Shown here piece after piece: positions 1-7,532 of a DNA stretch of 54,517 nucleotides. Every line of letters starts with the position of its first letter. Position 1 is the stretch's first letter. Source of the stretch: an uncultured Candidatus Bathyarchaeia archaeon (GTDB lineage Archaea; Thermoproteota; Bathyarchaeia; 40CM-2-53-6; RBG-13-38-9); the NCBI GenBank assembly GCA_964598945.1, contig CAZRDQ010000002.1, positions 1 through 54,517 on the forward strand. Direction: 5' to 3'. A program made the position numbers and the translations under genes. The notes below the pieces were generated by a model, which had not been told where the DNA came from, did no database searches, and saw only the letters and a program-made list of their open reading frames with translations.

Positions 1-441
1 GTTCTCATCAACACCGAGAAGAATCCCGTTAGTCTCTAGTATGAACTGCTTGAACTGGGAACGCTCAACATGTTCTAGCAAAGACAGAAGGTGATCCTTT
101 CCCAGTGTTGGCTCAGCTCCAGAGATCCTTAGTTTCTCAACACCATATCCGTGAGCTGCAGCAGCCAGTCTCCTAAAAGCTTCTTTTGGAGAGCAAAAGT
201 CTCCGTGCTTCTCGGGAAAATCTCTGCTCCAACCAACCCAACAGAATATGCAGCGAAGACAGCAGCCGACAGCATATCCTGTCGCTATACCACCGTATAC
301 ACCGGTCGCGTAGAAGTCTGTGTATTTTCTTTCCAGTCCTTCCGGACCCTCTCTGGTCACTATTCTCTCCGTCTCTCTTGCCAGCTCTAGGGCATCGAAA
401 GGTTTGAAGCCAAGGGTCAAAAAACGTTGGTAGCCTGACAC
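1..441 (-). CDS. radical SAM protein, N-terminal part (C-terminus runs off the window start)
   Basis: Own minus-strand translation; absent from the ORF track because it is open at the edge. Reads ..FDALELARETERIVTREGPEGLERKYTDFYATGVYGGIATGYAVGCCLRCIFCWVGWSRDF..RISGAEPTLGKDHLLSLLEHV..ILETNGILLGVDEN. CCLRCIFC contains the CX3CX2C radical-SAM cluster motif. Start is uncertain: GTG at 441 or TTG at 420. Confidence 0.7.
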   Translation of the reverse strand, partial: MSGYQRFLTLGFKPFDALELARETERIVTREGPEGLERKYTDFYATGVYGGIATGYAVGCCLRCIFCWVGWSRDFPEKHGDFCSPKEAFRRLAAAAHGYGVEKLRISGAEPTLGKDHLLSLLEHVERSQFKQFILETNGILLGVDEN

Positions 442-716
442 TCGATGGGACCTTCCAAAGGAGCTTCGTTTCCTAGCGCACTACGTGCTCGAGGACTGAG
501 GGTAGCAAGCGCCGGCTCCTGAGTGCTACTAAGTCCTAGATGGAGTAAGCATTTTCGATTAGACACGTGCGCTGCTGACTGATTCAACTGAGTACTCTGA
601 CAGCAGGGTCGGGGATCACAGGCTCCTCAAGGCGTGTGCCCTCACAATACTTAAGCGAGGAGCAAAAGTGAAATAGTGACTTCACATAGGCGCGCTTTCC
701 GCAAGTTCAGGCTAGC

Positions 717-1190
717 CTATATTATGAAGTACTTGGAGCAGATTTCCGATTTCCCGGCCCAGAAGGATACTTGCACGTCTCTGACTCCTGGTATTTTTGC
801 GATATCGTCACCGGTCGCGATCAGATGTTCAAAATCTCTTACAACTCCAATAGCGAGCAGATCATGGTCTCCCACGGTCTTAGTGGCCAAGATGATATTT
901 CGCATTCGAATCAGCGTTTCCAAGATTCTTGATGAGTCCGTGGAAGAAGACTCCTCAGCTAGTATATGAGCTGGTGAGACATTTATCATGAAAACTGCCA
1001 TGCCATCGTAGCCGATCTTCTTTGGGTTGACTACAACCGTTGATCCTCGAATTACACCGTCGTGCCGCAATTTCTGATATCTATTGATTATCGTATCCGG
1101 AGAGACTTCAAGTTCCACAGCTATTTTTCTAAAGGATAATCGAGCATCATCCGTCATTCTGTTGACGATGAGCTGGTCGACTTGATCCAT
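717..1190 (-). CDS. Lrp/AsnC family transcriptional regulator
   Basis: 157 aa. N-terminal HTH (ARLSFRKIAVELEVSPDTIINRYQKL) plus a C-terminal ligand-binding (RAM-like) half. Lies in tandem with a paralog. Confidence 0.85.
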   Translation of the reverse strand: MDQVDQLIVNRMTDDARLSFRKIAVELEVSPDTIINRYQKLRHDGVIRGSTVVVNPKKIGYDGMAVFMINVSPAHILAEESSSTDSSRILETLIRMRNIILATKTVGDHDLLAIGVVRDFEHLIATGDDIAKIPGVRDVQVSFWAGKSEICSKYFII

Positions 1191-1198
1191 TTCGATAC

Positions 1199-1687
1199 CT
1201 ACTTTGTAAGGTGCTCAAAATCGAAATTCTCAGGGCACAACAAGATCTCATCGACCCATATGCTCGTTGTGACTTCCCTGACCATTGGATGACCCTTTAT
1301 CAGATCCTTAACTTGGCTTAGGCGACCGACGTTCTTCAGAACCGTAATGCAGAATATGTCATGCTTGCCCATTGACATGGTACAGAAGATCGTCTCAGGT
1401 ATTCGTCTTATCCACTCAACGACTTCTGCCAAGTGCGGGTGACTGACGTCGATACCTAGGCTTGCGATACAGTCATAACCGAAGCTTTTCGGGTTCAGGA
1501 GCAGCGTAGTGCCTCTGACTACTCCAGCCATCTTCATGCTACGGTATCTCTTGCTTATCGTGTCTGTTGAGACACCGCAATCCTTTGCGATATCCGCGAA
1601 TCTTGCACGTGCGTCCTTCTGTAGACCTCTGATGATTTGTATGTCAATCCCGTCGATCTTGGATCCCGTCACCCCGTACACCCGCAT
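1199..1687 (-). CDS. Lrp/AsnC family transcriptional regulator
   Basis: 162 aa. HTH (DARARFADIAKDCGVSTDTISKRYRSM) plus a RAM-like C-terminal half. An 8-nt gap separates it from the downstream paralog. Confidence 0.85.
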   Translation of the reverse strand: MRVYGVTGSKIDGIDIQIIRGLQKDARARFADIAKDCGVSTDTISKRYRSMKMAGVVRGTTLLLNPKSFGYDCIASLGIDVSHPHLAEVVEWIRRIPETIFCTMSMGKHDIFCITVLKNVGRLSQVKDLIKGHPMVREVTTSIWVDEILLCPENFDFEHLTK

Positions 1688-1801
1688 TAGCAGATCAATA
1701 GTTACCTCAGATTATACTTTTGCTGGCGAGGAATCTTACAATGTCGAGTTACCCGGTCTGAGTCTCCCTTCAGACAAACTATTACAGAATTGCTGTTCTA
1801 T

Positions 1802-1847
1802 CTTACAATATAGGGTCTACAGAGCGGTATGACTTACAAAAGTCATA
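1802..1847 (+). promoter_or_regulatory. TATA-like box plus 8-bp-arm palindrome upstream of the Zn-ribbon/gdhA unit
   Basis: CTTACAATATAGG lies at about 1802-1814. TATGACTT (1828-1835), ACAA, then AAGTCATA (1840-1847) form a perfect inverted repeat roughly where transcription would start. Confidence 0.35.
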
Positions 1848-1882
1848 AGTACTGTTCAAACAGCTAGGTTATGTGAGGTTAT

Positions 1883-2200
1883 TTGGAGCTCACAGACATA
1901 ATCGGAGAGATTGAGACCGGCCCTAGAGCTGGGGAGCTGAGCAAGATCCGGATGGCCTGTGCTCAATGCGGAACGACTTGGGTTGAGATGAGAGGACTTA
2001 TCGTCTTACAGAAGAAGGGGTCCGAAGACACGTGCCTTCATATTGGCATGGAAGCAGAGGATTGTCAGACATGCAGATCTAGATCCCTAGATTGTCCAGA
2101 ATGCGGCTCAAAAAATGTATACGAGATAAGTTTCGCTGAAAGAGGCGCCAACACTGCCCAGCTCAGCTACACGGACATAAGACAAGTTAGCTGGAAGTAA
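1883..2200 (+). CDS. small Zn-ribbon protein (hypothetical)
   Basis: 105 aa with a TTG start. Cys pairs CAQCG, CQTC and CPECG. Ends 6 nt before gdhA. Confidence 0.5.
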   Translation: MELTDIIGEIETGPRAGELSKIRMACAQCGTTWVEMRGLIVLQKKGSEDTCLHIGMEAEDCQTCRSRSLDCPECGSKNVYEISFAERGANTAQLSYTDIRQVSWK

Positions 2201-2206
2201 TTTCCC

Positions 2207-3526
2207 TTGATTGTATCCAAAGAGACATGCGAGATCAACGAAGAGTTTGATTTCTTAAGGAGAACCAGGCTGGAATTCCAAGAGGCAGTACAGTTCATAG
2301 ATTCAAAGACAAGATCCGTCGACAAAGGAGTCATCATGCTTCTCGAGCAACCATTCAGACAGACAGTCGTAAGATTCCCAGTACACATGGACGACGGATC
2401 GCTCCAGTCATTCACTGGTTACAGAGTGCAGCACAGCAGACTGTGTGAACCCGCGAAAGGAGGCGTACGATACGCTCCTGATGTTGATCTGGATATGATA
2501 ACAGCTCTATCCTTGGATATGACATTGAAATGTCGAGTTGTCGATGTTCCTTTTGGAGGAGCGAAAGGCGGAGTCTGCTGTAACCCAAAGAAGATGTCTC
2601 GAGCTGAACTAGACAGGTTAACCAGAAGGTACACCTACGAGATCCTTCCCGTGATAGGCCCAGATTCTGATGTCCCGGCTCCGGACGTCGGCACCGGCGA
2701 GAGGGAGATGGCCATCATCTATGATACCTACAAGATGTTCAACCCAAGATGTCCGCACGGCTGCGCCGTCGTAACGGGAAAACCTCTCAACCTAGGAGGC
2801 TCTCAAGGCAGGAGAGAAGCCACAGCGCTGGGCGGCGCATATGTTTTGGAAGAGGCCGTTCAACAGAGGCAGATCAAAGGATTAAGTTCCTTGAACGACA
2901 CGACTGTCATTGTTCAAGGATTCGGGAACGCAGGATACCATATTGCCGACATACTCGCCAATGATTACAAATGCAGGATCGTGGGCGTATCTGACTCGAA
3001 GGGTGGAATCTACTGCCCAGACGGACTGAATCCTAAGGAAGTCCAAGCTCACAAAGTGAAAAGTCCTGAGAAATCCGTGACCGGATACGACGGTCTTAAG
3101 ATCCTAAATGTGAAACAGCTTCTGACGAGTCCATGCGATACCTTGGTTCCAGCAGCCAAAGAGACCCAAATCACCGCAGAGATCGCTAAAGATATCAAAG
3201 CAAAGGTAATCTTGGATCTTGCGAACGGCCCAACCACTAACCTTGCTCATAAGATACTGACTGAAAGAGGCGTCTATGTCCTGCCAGATATACTGTCAAA
3301 CGCGGGCGGAGTCACCGTCAGCTACTTTGAATGGCTTCAAAACAGAGCGGGGGAAAACTGGGAACTGAGCTTGGTCAAAGAGAAACTCCGGAAGAAGATG
3401 GCCACAGCCTATGCCAATGTTGTAAAGACCTCTAAGGATCATAATCTGGACCTGAGGAAAGCAGCATTCGTCCTTGCCATAACCAGGGCACTAGAGATCA
3501 TACTTGGTAGAGGCATCTTCCCATAA
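2207..3526 (+). CDS. gdhA: Glu/Leu/Phe/Val-type amino acid dehydrogenase, most likely glutamate dehydrogenase
   Basis: 439 aa. Contains FTGYRVQH..KGGVRY, the catalytic-Lys motif VPFGGAKGG, and the Rossmann motif VQGFGNAGYH. The stretch HSRLCEPAKGGVRYAP deviates from the usual HN..GP.KGGIR.HP. Confidence 0.88.
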   Translation: MIVSKETCEINEEFDFLRRTRLEFQEAVQFIDSKTRSVDKGVIMLLEQPFRQTVVRFPVHMDDGSLQSFTGYRVQHSRLCEPAKGGVRYAPDVDLDMITALSLDMTLKCRVVDVPFGGAKGGVCCNPKKMSRAELDRLTRRYTYEILPVIGPDSDVPAPDVGTGEREMAIIYDTYKMFNPRCPHGCAVVTGKPLNLGGSQGRREATALGGAYVLEEAVQQRQIKGLSSLNDTTVIVQGFGNAGYHIADILANDYKCRIVGVSDSKGGIYCPDGLNPKEVQAHKVKSPEKSVTGYDGLKILNVKQLLTSPCDTLVPAAKETQITAEIAKDIKAKVILDLANGPTTNLAHKILTERGVYVLPDILSNAGGVTVSYFEWLQNRAGENWELSLVKEKLRKKMATAYANVVKTSKDHNLDLRKAAFVLAITRALEIILGRGIFP

Positions 3527-3653
3527 AGATAAGATCTGTACGTTTTCGTAAAGAACCCGACGGGATACTATCCCTTGATGATGCAAGGCTTCAACCGAAC
3601 GGAATTCCCTGGCATGGTTTTGCCATAGGTTGTGACCGATGGCACTGGCGCGC

Positions 3654-3995
3654 TTAGTGAGGTACCCAGAGCACCATTCTTCCCTTCTGGTTCATTTCCT
3701 TGGCTAGATCCTCGACTTGGCCATGTCTGATGCACCTGGCCATGCAATGCTTCACACACGCCGGTTCAAGACCACTCCTCGTGCGGCTGGCGCACAGACT
3801 GCAAAGCTCAGTGGGAAACGGAATAAAGGAGAGATACGGTTTGCCGTTGGGCAGCATTTGGACCGTTTCGATTACTTGTATCCCCACTATCTCGTTTGGC
3901 CTGCGGTACTCCTGGGCACAGGCCACCTGACATGCAAAGCAACCTGTGCAATACTCGTAATCTATTAGGAGACCGTATTTGGTTCCCTTACTCAT
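3654..3995 (-). CDS. 4Fe-4S ferredoxin-type electron-transfer subunit (short) of the molybdopterin oxidoreductase
   Basis: 113 aa. Carries CTGCFACQVAC plus a second Cys group CSLC..C..HC..C. Its start overlaps the stop of the upstream catalytic subunit by 8 nt. Confidence 0.8.
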   Translation of the reverse strand: MSKGTKYGLLIDYEYCTGCFACQVACAQEYRRPNEIVGIQVIETVQMLPNGKPYLSFIPFPTELCSLCASRTRSGLEPACVKHCMARCIRHGQVEDLAKEMNQKGRMVLWVPH

Positions 3996-6453
3996 GATCG
4001 GACTCCTCTGTTGAAACCTTGTAGACTCTGCAGAGCAGGTGTTTGATGGGTGCTCCGAGGCCGTCTTTTCCCTGATACCCCATCGGGATTAGTTGGTTGA
4101 TATTCGATTTCCAGACATCGAAGAGACTTGGCTCTGCCCCTTCCTTCTCTGGGAACCACCAACCATGTTCCGCCATAACCATCCATTCAGGCACCACAGG
4201 GGTGACTTTAGCCTTGAACCTGCATCTTCCAAGCCAATTTTCTGCCCAGATCCACTCCCCGCTACTGATTCCCAAAGGCTTTGCTGTGTTGGGGTGGATC
4301 TCAATAAGCGGATCTGGATGGATCTGTCTCAGCCATGGGATGTTTCTGTGTTCTGAGTGAAAGTAGACAGGAGACCGTCTTCCAGTGGACAGGATTAAGG
4401 GGTACTCCTTCGCCAGCTCTGGTTGACTGATGGGCGTGAACGGAGGTTCCTCGTAATGGGGGAGAGGGTCCAGCCCCCACTCTTCACGAAGTGAGGAGTA
4501 TAGCTCGATCTTCCCGGATGGGGTTTGGAATCCAGGTTTTCTGTCCTTGCGCAGCAGCCCCTTCTTGAATCTGTGATATGGGGCGCTGGGGTGACCCTCA
4601 GCCGGCAGAGCCCAACCACCTCTCTGCTGCAGCTCACGGAAGGTCATGCCGGACGGTCTCAGGATGTCGTCGAAAAGATCGTGGATCGTATTCCACCTGA
4701 AATCCTGGTCAAATCTTTTGGCTAGCTCGAAGTTTATCTCTATGTCTGGTTTGCATTCGCCCACGGTTATTGTTTTGTTGATGGTCTGGAGCGGCGCCCA
4801 CCAGCTTCTCACCCCGTCCTTTTCCAGGAAGGTAGCTGCCGGCAGGACTATGTCGGCCAGCTGTGTGCTGGGGGTGTGAAACAGGTCTACGGCGACCACA
4901 AAATCAAGCTTCTTGATGGCTTCAACCCATCTCTTGGGGTCCATGCCTATGCCCCCGATGGGGTTGCATGCCTGTATCCACATGCCCTTGATAGGGTAGG
5001 GATCTCCTGTGAATATCTGCTCAAGCACCAGGTCTGTCTGGGCCCGCCAGATGAATTTGTTCAAAGGCCCATAGCGGGCGGCTCCGATCCTTTTCTTGTC
5101 AACTTCCTTAGACTTCAGTTTGATCACTCCTTCAGCCCCGGGCAGAGCATAAGCAACCGCGTTGAAAGCGTAGCGGGAGATCACGTTCCCGCCCGGCACA
5201 TCCAAGTTTCCGGTTAGGCACCAGAGGCAAGTTATCGCCTGGGCTGTGGGAGTGACTGCAGGGGTCATATCGATGGGCACACCCCAGTGTATTGATGCTG
5301 GTTTGCTCTTCGCGTAGAGGATCGCTGCGTCCCTGATGTCTTTCTCCAGGACAAATGTGATTTCGGCTACTCGTTCAAGGGGGTACTTGTTCACTTCCTC
5401 ATAGAATGCATCCCAGACAGTTCTAACCTGCACCCGTTTTCCATCTCTCAGGTCAACTTCAAAATTCCCTGTCAGTTTTGGCTTCACGTTAGGCGACCGA
5501 TACCCAGCCTCATCCGAGTCCCAGATAACCGGCTTTCCGCATTCAGCATCCCAGACAACAAAGTTGCTACGAGATCCACCATCAACCAAATCACTCTCCC
5601 GAAGAAGCCTTCCGGTGTCGCAGCGAATCAGATGGTGCGCATTAGTCCATTTCTCAACGAAGTCTTCATCGTACAGCTTTTCATTGATTATGATGTTGAG
5701 GAAGCCCATGGCCAAGGCGCCGTCTGTTCCCGGTCTCAGTCTGAGCCATTTCGCGGCCCTTGAGGCAAACCAAGACAGCCTCGGGTCGATGGCGATTATT
5801 CTCGCGCCTCTTTTCATGAGGTCGATTATCCAGTGGCCAAATACGTTGTCCGGGCAAGACGCCGGAATGTTATAACCCCAGACTACGATGCACTCGGGAA
5901 CCTTGTACCTTGGACTCTCATAGCGGTCGACCAGCCACTGCCCGGCGTCGAGCACGCAGTAATCACCCTGGACAGTCTCCACAGCTGATATTCTTGGACT
6001 GTAGCAGGCTATCCCGCTCAGGCTGAACATGACATTAGGGCTACCATAGGCGTAAGCGAGCATGCATATCCAGGGTCCGATATCTCTACCAGTCCCCATC
6101 GAGAAGATGAAGCTCTCCGGACCATGATCTCGACGTATTTGTTTCATTCTCGCCTCTATGAGGTCGAAAGCCTCATCCCAAGAGATCTCCTTCCACTTCC
6201 CCTCGCCACGTTCCCCAACACGTTTCAACGGATGTTTTAGGCGGTCTGGGTGATACACGTATTGGGTTACTGCAAGGGCCCTTGAACAGAGACGACCTTG
6301 ATTCCAGGGGTGTTCAGGATCACCTTCGATCTTGAGCAGTCTGCCATCCTTTACGTAGGCCAGTACTCCGCAGCCGCCATGGCAACCGGGGCCAGCCGAC
6401 CAGGTTGTGGTTCTCAGAACCTGAATGTCTTTGCCGCTCATTCTTGAATTCAC
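3988..6453 (-). CDS. bis-MGD molybdopterin/tungstopterin oxidoreductase catalytic subunit (DMSO reductase superfamily), cytoplasmic, substrate unknown
   Basis: 821 aa. N-terminal Fe-S region WSAGPGCHGGCGVLAYVKDGRLLKIEGDPEHPWNQGRLCSRA, followed by typical MGD-binding domains. No RR signal. Confidence 0.9.
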   Translation of the reverse strand: MNSRMSGKDIQVLRTTTWSAGPGCHGGCGVLAYVKDGRLLKIEGDPEHPWNQGRLCSRALAVTQYVYHPDRLKHPLKRVGERGEGKWKEISWDEAFDLIEARMKQIRRDHGPESFIFSMGTGRDIGPWICMLAYAYGSPNVMFSLSGIACYSPRISAVETVQGDYCVLDAGQWLVDRYESPRYKVPECIVVWGYNIPASCPDNVFGHWIIDLMKRGARIIAIDPRLSWFASRAAKWLRLRPGTDGALAMGFLNIIINEKLYDEDFVEKWTNAHHLIRCDTGRLLRESDLVDGGSRSNFVVWDAECGKPVIWDSDEAGYRSPNVKPKLTGNFEVDLRDGKRVQVRTVWDAFYEEVNKYPLERVAEITFVLEKDIRDAAILYAKSKPASIHWGVPIDMTPAVTPTAQAITCLWCLTGNLDVPGGNVISRYAFNAVAYALPGAEGVIKLKSKEVDKKRIGAARYGPLNKFIWRAQTDLVLEQIFTGDPYPIKGMWIQACNPIGGIGMDPKRWVEAIKKLDFVVAVDLFHTPSTQLADIVLPAATFLEKDGVRSWWAPLQTINKTITVGECKPDIEINFELAKRFDQDFRWNTIHDLFDDILRPSGMTFRELQQRGGWALPAEGHPSAPYHRFKKGLLRKDRKPGFQTPSGKIELYSSLREEWGLDPLPHYEEPPFTPISQPELAKEYPLILSTGRRSPVYFHSEHRNIPWLRQIHPDPLIEIHPNTAKPLGISSGEWIWAENWLGRCRFKAKVTPVVPEWMVMAEHGWWFPEKEGAEPSLFDVWKSNINQLIPMGYQGKDGLGAPIKHLLCRVYKVSTEESDHE

Positions 6454-6585
6454 TTTTTTCGGAAGCTACCTGTTAAGACAAGAAGCATGTTCCACCGATG
6501 ATAGTGAAAGAAACATATGTGCGCTATCATAAGAATAGCGTTCTTTAGTGAGATAGGTGGTAGACGCTACCGCAGCGCGGTGGTC

Positions 6586-7410
6586 ATGTTGCAGTTCAGA
6601 AAGATCGGCAGAAGAGGCTTTGTGAAGTACGCGGCTGCTGGCGTGGTTGCTGCGGCCTCCAGTGCCTATTACACAAAGGGAAGTTGGGGGCCGTACCTCG
6701 AAAGCATGTCAAAGTCTACTAAACCAGCACCTACAACTCGACTTAAGGACTTGCATCTCGCCTCGAATATCCAGACAAGAGATTCTGATGCACTCATCAT
6801 TGTCGATATGCAGAACGACTTCATGCCATCCGGAGCCCTAGGAGTCAAAGGAGGCGATGAGATAATTGCCTCCATGAACAACCTTGCTGAGAGATTTCAT
6901 CGCCCAGGTAACCTAATCATTATGACGCAGGACTGGCATCCTCAAGGCCATCTCTCATTTGCCAGCAGCCACGGCAAGAAGCCCTTCGATCCTTACGAGT
7001 CCGAGGGGATAGGCCCGGTTCTTTGGCCTGATCACTGTGTTCAGGGAACCCTTGGAGCAGAGTTTCATACAGACGTTCAAGTGAAATATGCCAAAGCCAT
7101 CGTCAGGAAGGGATACCACCCGACAGTGGATAGCTACTCAACATTCATTGAGAACGATAAGAAGACATATACTGGCCTCTCAGGCTACCTCAAGGAACTA
7201 GGAAAGAAGCGCGTCTTTCTCTGCGGACTTGCCTTGGATTACTGCGTTTATTATTCAGCCATGGATGGGAGAGAACTGGGGGTTGAGGCGGTCGTAGTCA
7301 TTGATCTGACAAAAGCTATCGACTCACCACCAAGCCATCTATCGAACGCATTGAATACTATGATCCAGAAGGGAGTTCAATTCACAAGATCAGAGAACAT
7401 AATGACCTAA
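6586..7410 (+). CDS. pncA: nicotinamidase/pyrazinamidase (isochorismatase family) with an N-terminal Tat-like signal or anchor
   Basis: IIVDMQNDF (Asp), QDWHPQGHLSF (metal site), IVRKG (Lys) and LCGLALDYCV (Cys) are present. The N-terminus reads MLQFRKIGRRGFVKYAAAGVVAAASS. The ORF track starts at 6517; the ATG at 6586 is the more plausible start. Confidence 0.8.
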   Translation: MLQFRKIGRRGFVKYAAAGVVAAASSAYYTKGSWGPYLESMSKSTKPAPTTRLKDLHLASNIQTRDSDALIIVDMQNDFMPSGALGVKGGDEIIASMNNLAERFHRPGNLIIMTQDWHPQGHLSFASSHGKKPFDPYESEGIGPVLWPDHCVQGTLGAEFHTDVQVKYAKAIVRKGYHPTVDSYSTFIENDKKTYTGLSGYLKELGKKRVFLCGLALDYCVYYSAMDGRELGVEAVVVIDLTKAIDSPPSHLSNALNTMIQKGVQFTRSENIMT

Positions 7411-7532
7411 CATCTATTCACAAAACTGTACAGAGACAAGCGCGCCAGCAATATGCGAATCGTGGAATGAAGTGCCGTTCCCAAGTCCTTCGTGGAAGTA
7501 GAGCCTGCAAAAGAGCGCCTTGACCGGACACT

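Noticed and set aside
441-716. Possible SRP RNA or RNase P RNA in the long spacer. A GGAAGG/CCTTCC segment caught my eye.
   Set aside because: I could not find the helix 8 GNAR-loop context (..GGUCC-GGAA-GGAAGCAGC..) or the RNase P GGAAAGUCC/ACAGAAA motifs on either strand. It is kept only as a generic non-coding spacer finding.
3992-5875. Many 60-113 aa ORFs on both strands inside the molybdopterin oxidoreductase gene, for example 3992..4186, 4093..4356, 4876..5217 and 5564..5875.
   Set aside because: They lie entirely within, and antisense to or out of frame with, an 821-aa ORF that has clear family motifs. None carries a motif of its own.
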